Of a stretch of DNA of 36,092 nt, positions 7,578-16,821 are shown in pieces. Position 1 is the stretch's first letter; each line of letters starts with the position of its first letter. The stretch covers positions 1 through 36,092 of the IMG/VR virus record IMGVR_UViG_3300017766_000730. One strand, given 5' to 3'. The notes beneath the pieces are model-generated. The model worked only from the letters and a program-made list of their open reading frames with translations. It ran no database searches and had not been told where the DNA came from. The position numbers and the translations under genes were made by a program. This DNA comes from a virus (lineage: Duplodnaviria > Caudoviricetes).

Positions 7578-9659
7578 ATGGGAATCTACGATTCAGAATA
7601 CGCAGACGATGACGAATCAGGCATCATTGATGAAGCTAAAGAGTTTCTACGCTTTTGCTCTGATAACGACTCTAACAATCGTGTAGAAGCCCTTGACGAC
7701 CTTAAATTTGCTGGCGGCGACCAATGGCCAGTAGAAATTCAAAACAGCCGTCTGCTTGAATCTAGACCCTATTTAACTATTAACAAGATTGACGCTTATT
7801 GCCGTCAAATAGCTAATAGCCAACGCCAGCAACGCCCACGCATCAAAGCGCATGGCATGAATACCGAATCTGATGCAAAAGTAGCAGAAATAATTACTGG
7901 TATTTGTCGCCATATTGAGGAGCAATCCGATGCAGATTCCGCTTATGACAACGCTTTTGATTTTGCTGTTCGCATGGGTTGGGGCTATTGGCGTCTTACT
8001 ACTGATTATGTTCGCCCTGATTCATTCGACCAAGAGATTTACATAAAGCGCATTGAAAATCCATTTATGGTCTATTTTGACCCTAATAGCAATGAGCCTG
8101 ATGGTTCGGATGCGGAAAAATGCCTTATTACTGAGGTTGTAAGCAAAGAAGTATTCCGCAAAATGTATCCTAATGCAGAAACAGATGCAGGGTTTACCCC
8201 AAGAGGAACAGGCGATAGTCAATCCGAATGGATTACGAAAGAGGATATTCGCATTGCGGAGTATTTCTACACCGAATACAAACATACCAAATTAGTGCTT
8301 TTAAGCGATGGCACGACTGTATTCGAAGATGAAATGCCAAGCCAAGATGTAATGTTAGCGGCTGGCGTTTATGAGGTGAGCCGCAGGGTTACAGTTAAAA
8401 AGCAGATTAAATGGTGTAAATTAACTGGTATGCAAATCTTAGAAAAGCGTGATTGGGCTGGTAAATATATCCCTGTCGTGCCTGTTTATGGTCAGCAATT
8501 AATTATTGACAGTAAGAAAAAGAAGTTCGGTCTTACTCGCATGGCTAAAGACCCACAAAGGATGTATAACTTTTGGTCTACAGCATTAACCGAGTCTGTT
8601 GCTCTAGCTCCTAAAGCCAAATGGCTATTAGCTGAAGGGCAAGATGAGGGTCATGAAGATGAGTGGAATCAGGCTAACATTAAATCTATGCCTGTATTGC
8701 GTTACAAGCAAACAGACACAGAGGGCAGAGAAGCCCCAATGCCACAAAGGCTACAGCCTGAGCCGCCACCAACAGGAATGGTTACGGCATTAGAAGGTTT
8801 AAATGCAGATTTAATGGCTGTGGTTGGTATTTATGACCCAAGCCAGCTTCCGCAGGGCAACCAATCAGGCAAAGCTATACAAGGTCAGCAGTCCCAAGTG
8901 GACATGACCAATTTCCATTATTACGACAATTTAACTCGCTCTATTCGCCAAACTGGTCGCATTATTCTTGACCTTATCCCTCATGTATACGATTCCGAAA
9001 GAGCATTACGCATCATTGGTGCTGACGGAAAAGGGGAAATTGTTAATCTAAATGAAAAAACGATGGATGAGCAGGGTGTAGAAAAGATTCTGAATGATGT
9101 AACTGTAGGCGAATACGATGTGGTCATGGAAACAGGACCTGGCTATAACTCTAAGCGTCAAGAGGCTGTAGAGTCTATGATTCAGATGCTCAATGTAGAC
9201 CCTGAGTTAATGAAACAAGCTGGCGATTTGGTATTCCGTAACATGGACTTCCCAGGTGCGGAGATTATCGCAGACCGTCTTGCCGCCGCTAATCCGTTGG
9301 CTCAGATTGACGATAAATCAGATATTCCGCCACAAGTACAAATGCAACTTGTTCAAAGCCAGCAAACAATTCAGCAATTACAGCAAGAATTGCAAGCTAT
9401 GCAGATGGATATGAAATATCGTGCTTCTATTGAAGGTCAGAAACAAGAAGCTGAAACAATGCGTAAGAAAATGGATGTTGATGCTCGTATGGCTGACAGC
9501 CAGCTTAAAACAGATACGCAAGCAAATGACACTATTATTGACAATGAAACAAGGCTCGAAATTGAGCGCATGAAAGCGAAACTAGCATTTATTTTGGCTA
9601 GTATGGATAGCAGTTCGGAAAAAGCGGCTGATGCAGAAGCCATTGAAAGGGCAATTTAA
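7578..9659 (+). CDS. Portal protein, P22 gp1-like
   Basis: 693 aa after terL; GDQW, RPYLTINKI, KDPQRMYN motifs; Gln-rich C-terminal coiled coil (barrel). Confidence 0.92.
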   Translation: MGIYDSEYADDDESGIIDEAKEFLRFCSDNDSNNRVEALDDLKFAGGDQWPVEIQNSRLLESRPYLTINKIDAYCRQIANSQRQQRPRIKAHGMNTESDAKVAEIITGICRHIEEQSDADSAYDNAFDFAVRMGWGYWRLTTDYVRPDSFDQEIYIKRIENPFMVYFDPNSNEPDGSDAEKCLITEVVSKEVFRKMYPNAETDAGFTPRGTGDSQSEWITKEDIRIAEYFYTEYKHTKLVLLSDGTTVFEDEMPSQDVMLAAGVYEVSRRVTVKKQIKWCKLTGMQILEKRDWAGKYIPVVPVYGQQLIIDSKKKKFGLTRMAKDPQRMYNFWSTALTESVALAPKAKWLLAEGQDEGHEDEWNQANIKSMPVLRYKQTDTEGREAPMPQRLQPEPPPTGMVTALEGLNADLMAVVGIYDPSQLPQGNQSGKAIQGQQSQVDMTNFHYYDNLTRSIRQTGRIILDLIPHVYDSERALRIIGADGKGEIVNLNEKTMDEQGVEKILNDVTVGEYDVVMETGPGYNSKRQEAVESMIQMLNVDPELMKQAGDLVFRNMDFPGAEIIADRLAAANPLAQIDDKSDIPPQVQMQLVQSQQTIQQLQQELQAMQMDMKYRASIEGQKQEAETMRKKMDVDARMADSQLKTDTQANDTIIDNETRLEIERMKAKLAFILASMDSSSEKAADAEAIERAI

Positions 9660-9660
9660 T

Positions 9661-10035
9661 ATGGAAAAGCAGGAAAGAAAGCGGAAGCCGACTATTGTTA
9701 CTTCTGAAAATCGTGAAGAATTTATGGCTAAAAAGCTAGGATTAGCTAAAAAACAAGAGCCTGTTTACGAAGAAGAAGAAAATTCACCTAAATTTGGCGT
9801 TAAATACCATAACGAAAAAGGCGAAGAAGAAGCAGTAAAGCATTTTACTGACGAAGAAAAAGCCAAGAAATATATGGAGCGTGGCAACAGCGTAGACAAA
9901 GTTGGAGGTAAATACTCTTTACATCCTATAGCACCTGTACCAGCTAGAAAATACATTAAAGGCACAGAAGAACATAAAGCACTCAAAGAAAAGCAAAAAC
10001 CTATTAATGGTCATCCTACTAATCGGAGGAAATAA
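9661..10035 (+). CDS. Small charged protein carrying the scaffold-like N-terminal motif
   Basis: ATG 9661 right after portal stop; VTSENREEFMAKKLGLA matches the scaffold N-terminus. Confidence 0.75.
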   Translation: MEKQERKRKPTIVTSENREEFMAKKLGLAKKQEPVYEEEENSPKFGVKYHNEKGEEEAVKHFTDEEKAKKYMERGNSVDKVGGKYSLHPIAPVPARKYIKGTEEHKALKEKQKPINGHPTNRRK

Positions 10036-10205
10036 TGGCTACAGTAATCGGAGCAAATCGTGAAGAATTTATTTTGAGGGAAATGGCACGCAGGGCTGGT
10101 AGAAAATATGAGCCTGACGAGCCTAAAAGCATTTATGAAGGTATGACCCCTGAGCAGTTAAAACAACATCAGGAAGAAATACAATCTTTATTAAAAGAAG
10201 ATTGA
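10035..10205 (+). CDS. 56-aa protein with scaffold-like N-terminal motif (not in ORF track)
   Basis: MATVIGANREEFILREMARRAGRKYEPDEPKSIYEGMTPEQLKQHQEEIQSLLKED; GGAGG RBS; TAATG coupling. Confidence 0.8.
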   Translation: MATVIGANREEFILREMARRAGRKYEPDEPKSIYEGMTPEQLKQHQEEIQSLLKED

Positions 10206-10230
10206 CAAATTGTTTTTTTAGTATTTTAAT
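10202..10230 (+). promoter_or_regulatory. Sigma70-like promoter upstream of scaffold and coat
   Basis: TTGACA (10202-10207), 17 bp spacer, TTTAAT (10225-10230). Confidence 0.6.
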
Positions 10231-10259
10231 CGGAAGTATAACTAGGAGCTTGAGAAATC

Positions 10260-11186
10260 ATGGCCGAAGTCAATGAAGTAAGAGAAGCACAAAGTGTAGT
10301 AACAAGTGGTAATGCGGCAGAATTTTATGCAGAAAGATTAGGTTTAGCGGATTCTCCTGAAGAAACTGCGGCTGAAACAGTAGATGCTCCTGTAGAGGAA
10401 TATGCTGATTCAGAGCCAGCGACTGAGGAATCTTCGAGTGAACCGAAGGCAGAGGATGAAGCTGAGGAAGCAGAAAAGCCGAAAGACAAATTAGAAAAGC
10501 GTTTTTCTAAAATTAGTAAGCAAAGAGATGAAGCAAATGCTCGAGCCGAACAGTTAGAAAGTCGTTTAAGAGAATTAGAAGCAAAGGCAAATCCTCAACC
10601 GATTGCACAAACAGCACAGGTAGACGATAAGCCACAGGCAAGCCAGTTTAATGATGCGTTCGAATTTGCGGAAGCATTAGCGGAATGGAGTGCTGAAAAG
10701 GCATTAAGAGATAGGGATATTGCAGAAGCACAGCGTAAAGCTGATGAAGAACGCAATAAAGTGATTGAGAATTGGAATCAAAAGGTATCTAAGGCTAAAA
10801 GCTCTATGCCTGATTTTGATGACATCGTAGCCAGTAGCACCACAGTTGTGAGTGATTCTGTTAGAGATGCCATTATCGAGTCAGATGTAGGCGCACAAAT
10901 CCTTTACCATCTTGCTTCTGATGATGAATACGCTGAATCTTTGTCAAAAATGCCAGCTATTAAAGCTCTTAAAGAGATTGGTCGATTGGAAGCTAGATTT
11001 GAGGCTGAATTAGAAAAGCCTGAAGTCAAAGCGAGAACTGTGACTCAAAGTAAAGCACCAGCACCTATTAGCCCATTAAAGGGTGGTAAATCCGCTGGAG
11101 CAGATGTGTTAGTAGACACCAACGGTGAATTCTACGGCTCGTATGCTCAATGGAAAGCCGCTCGAAAAGCTAACAGGATACGCTGA
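10260..11186 (+). CDS. Capsid scaffolding protein
   Basis: Acidic and coiled-coil; between portal and coat; basic C-terminus YAQWKAARKANRIR. Confidence 0.85.
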   Translation: MAEVNEVREAQSVVTSGNAAEFYAERLGLADSPEETAAETVDAPVEEYADSEPATEESSSEPKAEDEAEEAEKPKDKLEKRFSKISKQRDEANARAEQLESRLRELEAKANPQPIAQTAQVDDKPQASQFNDAFEFAEALAEWSAEKALRDRDIAEAQRKADEERNKVIENWNQKVSKAKSSMPDFDDIVASSTTVVSDSVRDAIIESDVGAQILYHLASDDEYAESLSKMPAIKALKEIGRLEARFEAELEKPEVKARTVTQSKAPAPISPLKGGKSAGADVLVDTNGEFYGSYAQWKAARKANRIR

Positions 11187-11215
11187 TAAACCTAATTTTT
11201 TTGGAGCAATAAATC

Positions 11216-12490
11216 ATGGCAAATACGCTATTAACTATCTCGAAAATCACCAACGAAGCGTTGATGGTTCTCGAAAACGAATTAACATTCTCATCTGAAG
11301 TAGACCGTAACTATGACGACCAGTTCGCTGTAGTTGGCGCAAAGATTGGCGCAACAGTCAATGTACGCCGTCCAGGTCGTTTCATTGGTACAACAGGACC
11401 AGCTCTTAATGTGGAAGATTTGAACGAGACTAGTGTTCCAGTAACATTGTCTACTCAATTCCATGTGGATACACAATTCACTACACAAGATTTGGCATTG
11501 TCTTTAGATATGTTCTCTGACCGTATCTTGAAGCCTGCTGTAGCCGCTATCGCTAACAAAATCGACTTTGACGGTACAACTACTGCAAACTTGAACACAG
11601 CTAACATCGTTGGAACTGCTGGTACTCCTCCAACATCTTTGCTAACTTACTTAAACGCACAAGCATATTTGGATTCCGAAGGTGCTCCTCGTGATGGTAA
11701 GCGTAGCTGTATCGTTGAGCCATTTACATCAGCTAACATCGTAAACGGTTTAACAGGCTTGTTTAATCCTACTGCTACTATTTCTTCCCAATACACCAAA
11801 GGTTTAATGGGTCGTGATTCAGGCGGTATGAACTGGAAACTTGACCAAAACATCGTGTCACAAACTTTCGGTAATTTCACAACCAATACTGTTACAGCTT
11901 CTGTAAACACTACAACTGCAACTGGTTTCTTGACATCAGGTTGGGCTTCACAGTCCACAATCACTTTGACTGCGGCTAATAGCGGCACAATCAATTTGAA
12001 TGCTGGTGATACATTTACCATTGCTGGCGTGTATGCAGTAAACCCACAAAACCGTCAAGCATACGGCACAAACAAACTGCGTTCATTCGTAGTTAAGTCT
12101 GCTGTTTCAGTTGCTTCAGGTTCAAGCGTTTCTGTTACTGTTTCTCCAGCTATTATTTCTGCTGGTCAGTTCCAGAATGTGTCAATTCCTTCAACCAGCT
12201 CTACTGCCGCTGTTGCCTTCTTCGCAAGCCAATACAACGCAAGTGGTCAAGGTGTTGTAAGCCCACAGAACATCGTTATGCACAGAAATGCGTACACTTT
12301 GGCTATGGCTGACTTGGAATTGCCTGAAGGTGTTCATTTTGCTGGTCGTGCAAGCGACAAGGAAATTGGTCTTTCAATGCGTGTGGTTCGCCAATACACA
12401 ATTAATAACGATTCTATTCCGACTCGTGTTGATGTACTGTACGGCTGGGCTCCTTTGTACCAAGAACTTGCTTGCCGAGTTGCGGCTTAA
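11216..12490 (+). CDS. Major capsid protein, P22 gp5-like
   Basis: MANTLLT...KIGATVNVRRP...RVDVLYG motifs; 424 aa; follows scaffold. Confidence 0.93.
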   Translation: MANTLLTISKITNEALMVLENELTFSSEVDRNYDDQFAVVGAKIGATVNVRRPGRFIGTTGPALNVEDLNETSVPVTLSTQFHVDTQFTTQDLALSLDMFSDRILKPAVAAIANKIDFDGTTTANLNTANIVGTAGTPPTSLLTYLNAQAYLDSEGAPRDGKRSCIVEPFTSANIVNGLTGLFNPTATISSQYTKGLMGRDSGGMNWKLDQNIVSQTFGNFTTNTVTASVNTTTATGFLTSGWASQSTITLTAANSGTINLNAGDTFTIAGVYAVNPQNRQAYGTNKLRSFVVKSAVSVASGSSVSVTVSPAIISAGQFQNVSIPSTSSTAAVAFFASQYNASGQGVVSPQNIVMHRNAYTLAMADLELPEGVHFAGRASDKEIGLSMRVVRQYTINNDSIPTRVDVLYGWAPLYQELACRVAA

Positions 12491-12494
12491 TAAC

Positions 12495-12518
12495 GGAGGG
12501 GCGAAAGCCCTTCCTTTT
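12495..12518 (+). terminator. Intrinsic terminator after coat gene
   Basis: GGAGGGGC-GAAA-GCCCTTCC-TTTT. Confidence 0.75.
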
Positions 12519-12542
12519 AAACTAATTTAAAGGAATCTAATC

Positions 12543-12986
12543 ATGTCTAATCCAGGACCAGCAGTAACCACTTCGTCGCATCCTTCAAATGTAACAACAA
12601 GCCAAACACTACGCTTGATTGCTACTATTAAGAATGTAAATGCTAACGCTATCGCTAGTTATCCAATGCAAGTAACTAACAGCTCTGTATTTTTGCCACA
12701 GAGTTTAATCGTTACTAATCTAAATCTTTCAGGTGCGGCTGTTACACCAACTGGTTTAGCTTTGGGTGTAGCAACAACTTCAGGCGGTTCTAGCTTGTAT
12801 GGCGCAATTACTGCCGCTAATTTGGCATCCGTAGTGGGTGTTTCTTTGGTTGCTCCAACTGCACAAACAACTGCAACTACTGTTCAAAACCTTTATTTAA
12901 ATGTTACTGCTCCACTAACCACTGCTGTGGCTGGTGCGACTTTTGATGTTTATGTTTATGGCTATGACTTTAGCGTATCGAACTAA
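12543..12986 (+). CDS. Putative capsid decoration/cement protein
   Basis: T/A/V/S-rich, beta-type; directly after coat. Function inferred from position only. Confidence 0.5.
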   Translation: MSNPGPAVTTSSHPSNVTTSQTLRLIATIKNVNANAIASYPMQVTNSSVFLPQSLIVTNLNLSGAAVTPTGLALGVATTSGGSSLYGAITAANLASVVGVSLVAPTAQTTATTVQNLYLNVTAPLTTAVAGATFDVYVYGYDFSVSN

Positions 12987-13007
12987 TATCTTGATGTAAA
13001 AAGAAGG

Positions 13008-13037
13008 AAGCCACGCCCAAAAAGTGTGGCTTTTTTT
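13008..13037 (+). terminator. Intrinsic terminator
   Basis: AAGCCACGC-CCAAAAA-GTGTGGCTT-TTTTT. Confidence 0.8.
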
Positions 13038-13082
13038 CTTGATTGACCTATAATGAATTGACCTTTTTATAAGGAAAAAAGA

Positions 13083-13415
13083 ATGTATAACTCAGCATTT
13101 GCACCATTTGGCGCAACTTATCTAGTTGGGACTTCGCCAGTACAAGTAATTTCAAATAACAATATGTACCCAACTGGTTATCGTATTGTTAATTTAACTG
13201 CTAATATTGTCCGTGTTTCTTGGCAACCACAAGAGCCAAACGATGCAACTGTTACTCCTGTTGTAACTGCTCCTACGGCTGGCGTTCCTTCTGCAAATAC
13301 ATTAGCGATTCCTGCTAATGGAGTTGGAGTTTTTAGCAGTATTCCACCGAATGCTTGGTTTATTGCAAGTGCGGCGGCAAGTCTAGAAATTACTTCGGGT
13401 GAAGGCATTAACTAA
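13083..13415 (+). CDS. Small virion structural protein (putative)
   Basis: Beta-rich 110 aa between head and fibre genes; AAGGA RBS. Confidence 0.55.
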   Translation: MYNSAFAPFGATYLVGTSPVQVISNNNMYPTGYRIVNLTANIVRVSWQPQEPNDATVTPVVTAPTAGVPSANTLAIPANGVGVFSSIPPNAWFIASAAASLEITSGEGIN

Positions 13416-13427
13416 TTAAGGTTTTCT

Positions 13428-16400
13428 ATGGCGAATCCAGCTAATTCAACTGTTCAGAATTTACTGCCTGTACAGGCTTATTTTAGTGTTGATGGTGAAT
13501 TTCAGACCTTTATCGGTCAAGGAGTGCCGTTTACAGCTACTATAGGACCTGACCAATCAGGTCTTAACATTACTAACAGCACCATTAATAGCACTACTAT
13601 TGGTGCTACAAGTCCTTCTACTGCTGTATTTAGTAGTGGACAAGTGTTAGCAACTCCTAGCGGAAATACAGATTTAGCTAATAAACTGTATGTAGATTCT
13701 GTAGCATCGGGACTTAGCTGGAAACAACCTTTTCAAGTAGCAACTACAGTAAATCTAACAACATTGTCAGGTTTTCCTGTAATTGATACATACCAAACTG
13801 TAGTTGGTAGCAGAGTATTAGTTAAAAACCAAACAAATGCCGCAGAAAATGGTATTTATGTAGCATCTAGTGGCACTTGGGCTTATGCGGCTGATGGCGA
13901 TACATGGAATGAATATATTTCCGCTATCGGCTTTATAGAATATGGCAGTCAAGCTAGTTCTGCTTGGTATTGCTCTGCACAAAGTGGCGGCACATTAGGT
14001 GTAACCAATATGAATTGGTCTAATTTTAGTGTCGCTGGTACTTATTTCGCAGGAACAGGATTAACTTTAGCCGCCTACACATTTAGCATTACAAATACAG
14101 GCGTTACAGCAGGAAATTACGGAACTGATGCGAGAAGCGTTACTTTAGCTATTAACGCACAAGGACAAATTACTTCTGCTGTAGACCAGCCTATCGCAAT
14201 CGCTAATACTCAGGTTTCGGGTTTAGGCACAATGTCTACCCAAAACGCTAATAGCGTTGCAATTACAGGCGGAACAATTAATGGAACTGCCATCGGTGGT
14301 ACTACAGCCGCCGCAGTAACGGGAACAACTATTACTGCTGGCACGCAATTTACTGGAGCTGGTACTGGTTTAACAGGCACAGCTACCAGTTTAAGCATTG
14401 GCGGAACTGCCGCAACTGCAACAAATATCGCTGGTGGTGCGGCTGGTTCCTTGCCATACCAATCTGCGGCTAATACAACTGCACTTTTAGCGGCTGGTAC
14501 AAACGGTCAAGTGCTTACATTAGCTTCAGGCGTGCCTTCTTGGGCAACTCCAACAGTAGGAACTGTCACTTCTGTAAGTGGTACAGGCACAGTTAATGGT
14601 TTAACTCTTACTGGTACTGTAACTTCATCAGGAAGCCTGACATTAGGCGGAACATTAGATTTATCAAGCCCTCCTGCTATCGGTGGAACTGCCGCAAATA
14701 CCATAAACGGCACAACTATTACTGCCTCTACAGCATTAAAAAGCCCATATTTAGATGCTACAACTTCTGCTGGTGGAGCTTTAAGAAATGCTAGTGGTAC
14801 TGCTTGCTTTCAATGGGGAAGTGGCGGTGGTGCAAACTGTACAGTAGATACATCTATCAATATAAATGGCACAAATGCACAAGTAGACATTAGCCCTACT
14901 GGAACTGGTCATGTTCACATGAATCCTACTGGTAGTGGTTCTATTGAAATGAACCCTACAAGTGCTGGAGTAATGAACAATATGGTTATTGGAGGCACAA
15001 CTCCTTTAGCTGGAACATTTACAAATTTAAGAGTAAATGGCACTATTTCATTGGCTGGTAGCACAGGCACAAGTGGATATGCCATTATTTCTAATGGAGC
15101 TTCTGCTCCTACATGGCAAGCTATTACCCAAGGCATTACGATTACTGACGATACAAGCACAAATGCTACTCGTTATTTAACATTTACTAGCGCAACAAGC
15201 GGAACTGTTACTGGTTTAAATACTGGCTCTACAGAATTATCTTGGAATCCAAGTACAGGTATTTTAAATTTAAGCGGCTCTACTGGCGGTTTAGTTTTAC
15301 CAGTAGGAACAACTGCTCAAAGACCAAGCCCAGTAGCAGGAATGACTAGATTTAACTCTACTACAGCCGATATTGAGTTTTATACAGGAACTTCATGGGT
15401 AGCAGTAAATTACACTTCTCCCCCTTCTAATACTGCGGCTCCTGTAATTAGTGGAGCTTTAGTTGTTGGAAGCACATTAACAAGCACAACTGGTAGCTGG
15501 ACAAATTCTCCTACTTCTTACACATATCAATGGTATGCAGGAGCAAGCCCAATATCAGGCGCAACTTCAAGCACTTTCGTAACGACTTCAGGCGAAGTTG
15601 GCTCTAATATAACTTGCCAAGTGGTTGCCGCTAACATCGCTGGCACTTCTAGTGCGGCTACATCTAATTCGCTTGGACCTATCATTACTGCTGTGACTGT
15701 TACATATTTAGCTATTGGCGGTGGTGGTGCTGGTGGAGGTTACTATGGTAACGGCGGAGGCGGAGGTGCTGGCGGTTTATTAAATACAACTGCGGCATTT
15801 ATTCCTGGCACTCAATACACTCTTACTGTTGGTGCTGGTGGTGTTTACAACGGCTCTAATTCAACCATTACTGGAAGCGGATTTACAACATTAACGCTTG
15901 TTGGTGGTGGTTCAGGTGGTAATAACGGTGGTGGTGGAGGAGATTCTGGTGGTTCAGGCGGCGGTGGCGGCGGCGGAGGAAGTGGCGGCGCAGGCGGCGC
16001 AGGAACAGCAGGGCAAGGTAATAATGGCGGTGCTGGTAATGGTGGTTTGCACCAAGGCGGCGGCGGTGGTGGCGCAGGCAGTTATGGCCAAGGTGGCGGT
16101 GCTGGTGGCGCAGGAGGTTCAGGTGCGGCTTCATCTATTACTGGCACAAGTGTTACTTATGCTGGTGGTGGTGGTTCATCTTATGGTAGTGGCGGCTCAG
16201 GCGGCGGTGGTAGTGGCGGATACGGCGGAGGCGGTAGCGCAGGCGCAACTAATACTGGTTCAGGCGGCGGTGGCGGAAATAACGATACTGGAACAGACCG
16301 AGGTTATGGTGGTTCAGGCTTAATTATTCTTTCTGTACCAACAGCGCAATACACAGGCACTTATACTGGTTCGCCAACTATCACTACAAGCGGCTCAAAC

Positions 16401-16442
16401 ACTATTTTAAAATATACAAGTACTGGTACATACACAGCTTAA
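13428..16442 (+). CDS. Long tail fibre/adhesin with Ig-like and C-terminal glycine-rich domains
   Basis: T/G/S-rich fibre repeats, DLANKLYVD, PVGTTAQRP module, Ig-like PSNTAAPVISG...YTYQW...ITCQV, polyglycine C-terminal domain. Confidence 0.85.
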   Translation: MANPANSTVQNLLPVQAYFSVDGEFQTFIGQGVPFTATIGPDQSGLNITNSTINSTTIGATSPSTAVFSSGQVLATPSGNTDLANKLYVDSVASGLSWKQPFQVATTVNLTTLSGFPVIDTYQTVVGSRVLVKNQTNAAENGIYVASSGTWAYAADGDTWNEYISAIGFIEYGSQASSAWYCSAQSGGTLGVTNMNWSNFSVAGTYFAGTGLTLAAYTFSITNTGVTAGNYGTDARSVTLAINAQGQITSAVDQPIAIANTQVSGLGTMSTQNANSVAITGGTINGTAIGGTTAAAVTGTTITAGTQFTGAGTGLTGTATSLSIGGTAATATNIAGGAAGSLPYQSAANTTALLAAGTNGQVLTLASGVPSWATPTVGTVTSVSGTGTVNGLTLTGTVTSSGSLTLGGTLDLSSPPAIGGTAANTINGTTITASTALKSPYLDATTSAGGALRNASGTACFQWGSGGGANCTVDTSININGTNAQVDISPTGTGHVHMNPTGSGSIEMNPTSAGVMNNMVIGGTTPLAGTFTNLRVNGTISLAGSTGTSGYAIISNGASAPTWQAITQGITITDDTSTNATRYLTFTSATSGTVTGLNTGSTELSWNPSTGILNLSGSTGGLVLPVGTTAQRPSPVAGMTRFNSTTADIEFYTGTSWVAVNYTSPPSNTAAPVISGALVVGSTLTSTTGSWTNSPTSYTYQWYAGASPISGATSSTFVTTSGEVGSNITCQVVAANIAGTSSAATSNSLGPIITAVTVTYLAIGGGGAGGGYYGNGGGGGAGGLLNTTAAFIPGTQYTLTVGAGGVYNGSNSTITGSGFTTLTLVGGGSGGNNGGGGGDSGGSGGGGGGGGSGGAGGAGTAGQGNNGGAGNGGLHQGGGGGGAGSYGQGGGAGGAGGSGAASSITGTSVTYAGGGGSSYGSGGSGGGGSGGYGGGGSAGATNTGSGGGGGNNDTGTDRGYGGSGLIILSVPTAQYTGTYTGSPTITTSGSNTILKYTSTGTYTA

Positions 16443-16454
16443 ACGGAGAAATCA

Positions 16455-16811
16455 ATGGCGCATTACGCAAAAATTAATAATGGTCGTGTCGAGCAAGTAA
16501 TTGTTGCAGAACAAGATTATATTGATTCTTTATCTGATTCAGGTTCATATATTAAAACTTCTTACAACACAAGAGGCGGAGTTCATTATGGACAAGATGG
16601 GCAACCTGATGGCGGCGATGCGTTAAGAGCTAATTTTGCTGGTGTTGGATTTTTGTATGACCATATTAATGATGTTTTCGTAGAGCCTAAACCTTTTGCT
16701 AGCTGGACATTAAATCAGTCTACATGGCTTTGGGAAGCCCCAACAGCGCACCCTGATGACGGAAATCATTACAGTTGGAACGAATCTACTAAATCATGGG
16801 TTGCTATTTAA
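16455..16811 (+). CDS. Fibre-associated protein (possible assembly chaperone)
   Basis: MAHYAKI...KTSYNT...LRANFAGVG...PKPFASW...W family, typically found after glycine-rich fibre genes. Confidence 0.6.
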   Translation: MAHYAKINNGRVEQVIVAEQDYIDSLSDSGSYIKTSYNTRGGVHYGQDGQPDGGDALRANFAGVGFLYDHINDVFVEPKPFASWTLNQSTWLWEAPTAHPDDGNHYSWNESTKSWVAI

Positions 16812-16821
16812 GGAATAAATT

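Noticed and set aside
12481-12545. Coat read-through or frameshift into the downstream gene
   Set aside because: Tandem TAA TAA stops, a terminator hairpin and a separate RBS; no slippery site seen.
13040-13056. TATAAT at 13049 as a promoter
   Set aside because: No credible -35 at 16-18 bp spacing (the position falls in the terminator stem), so left unsupported.
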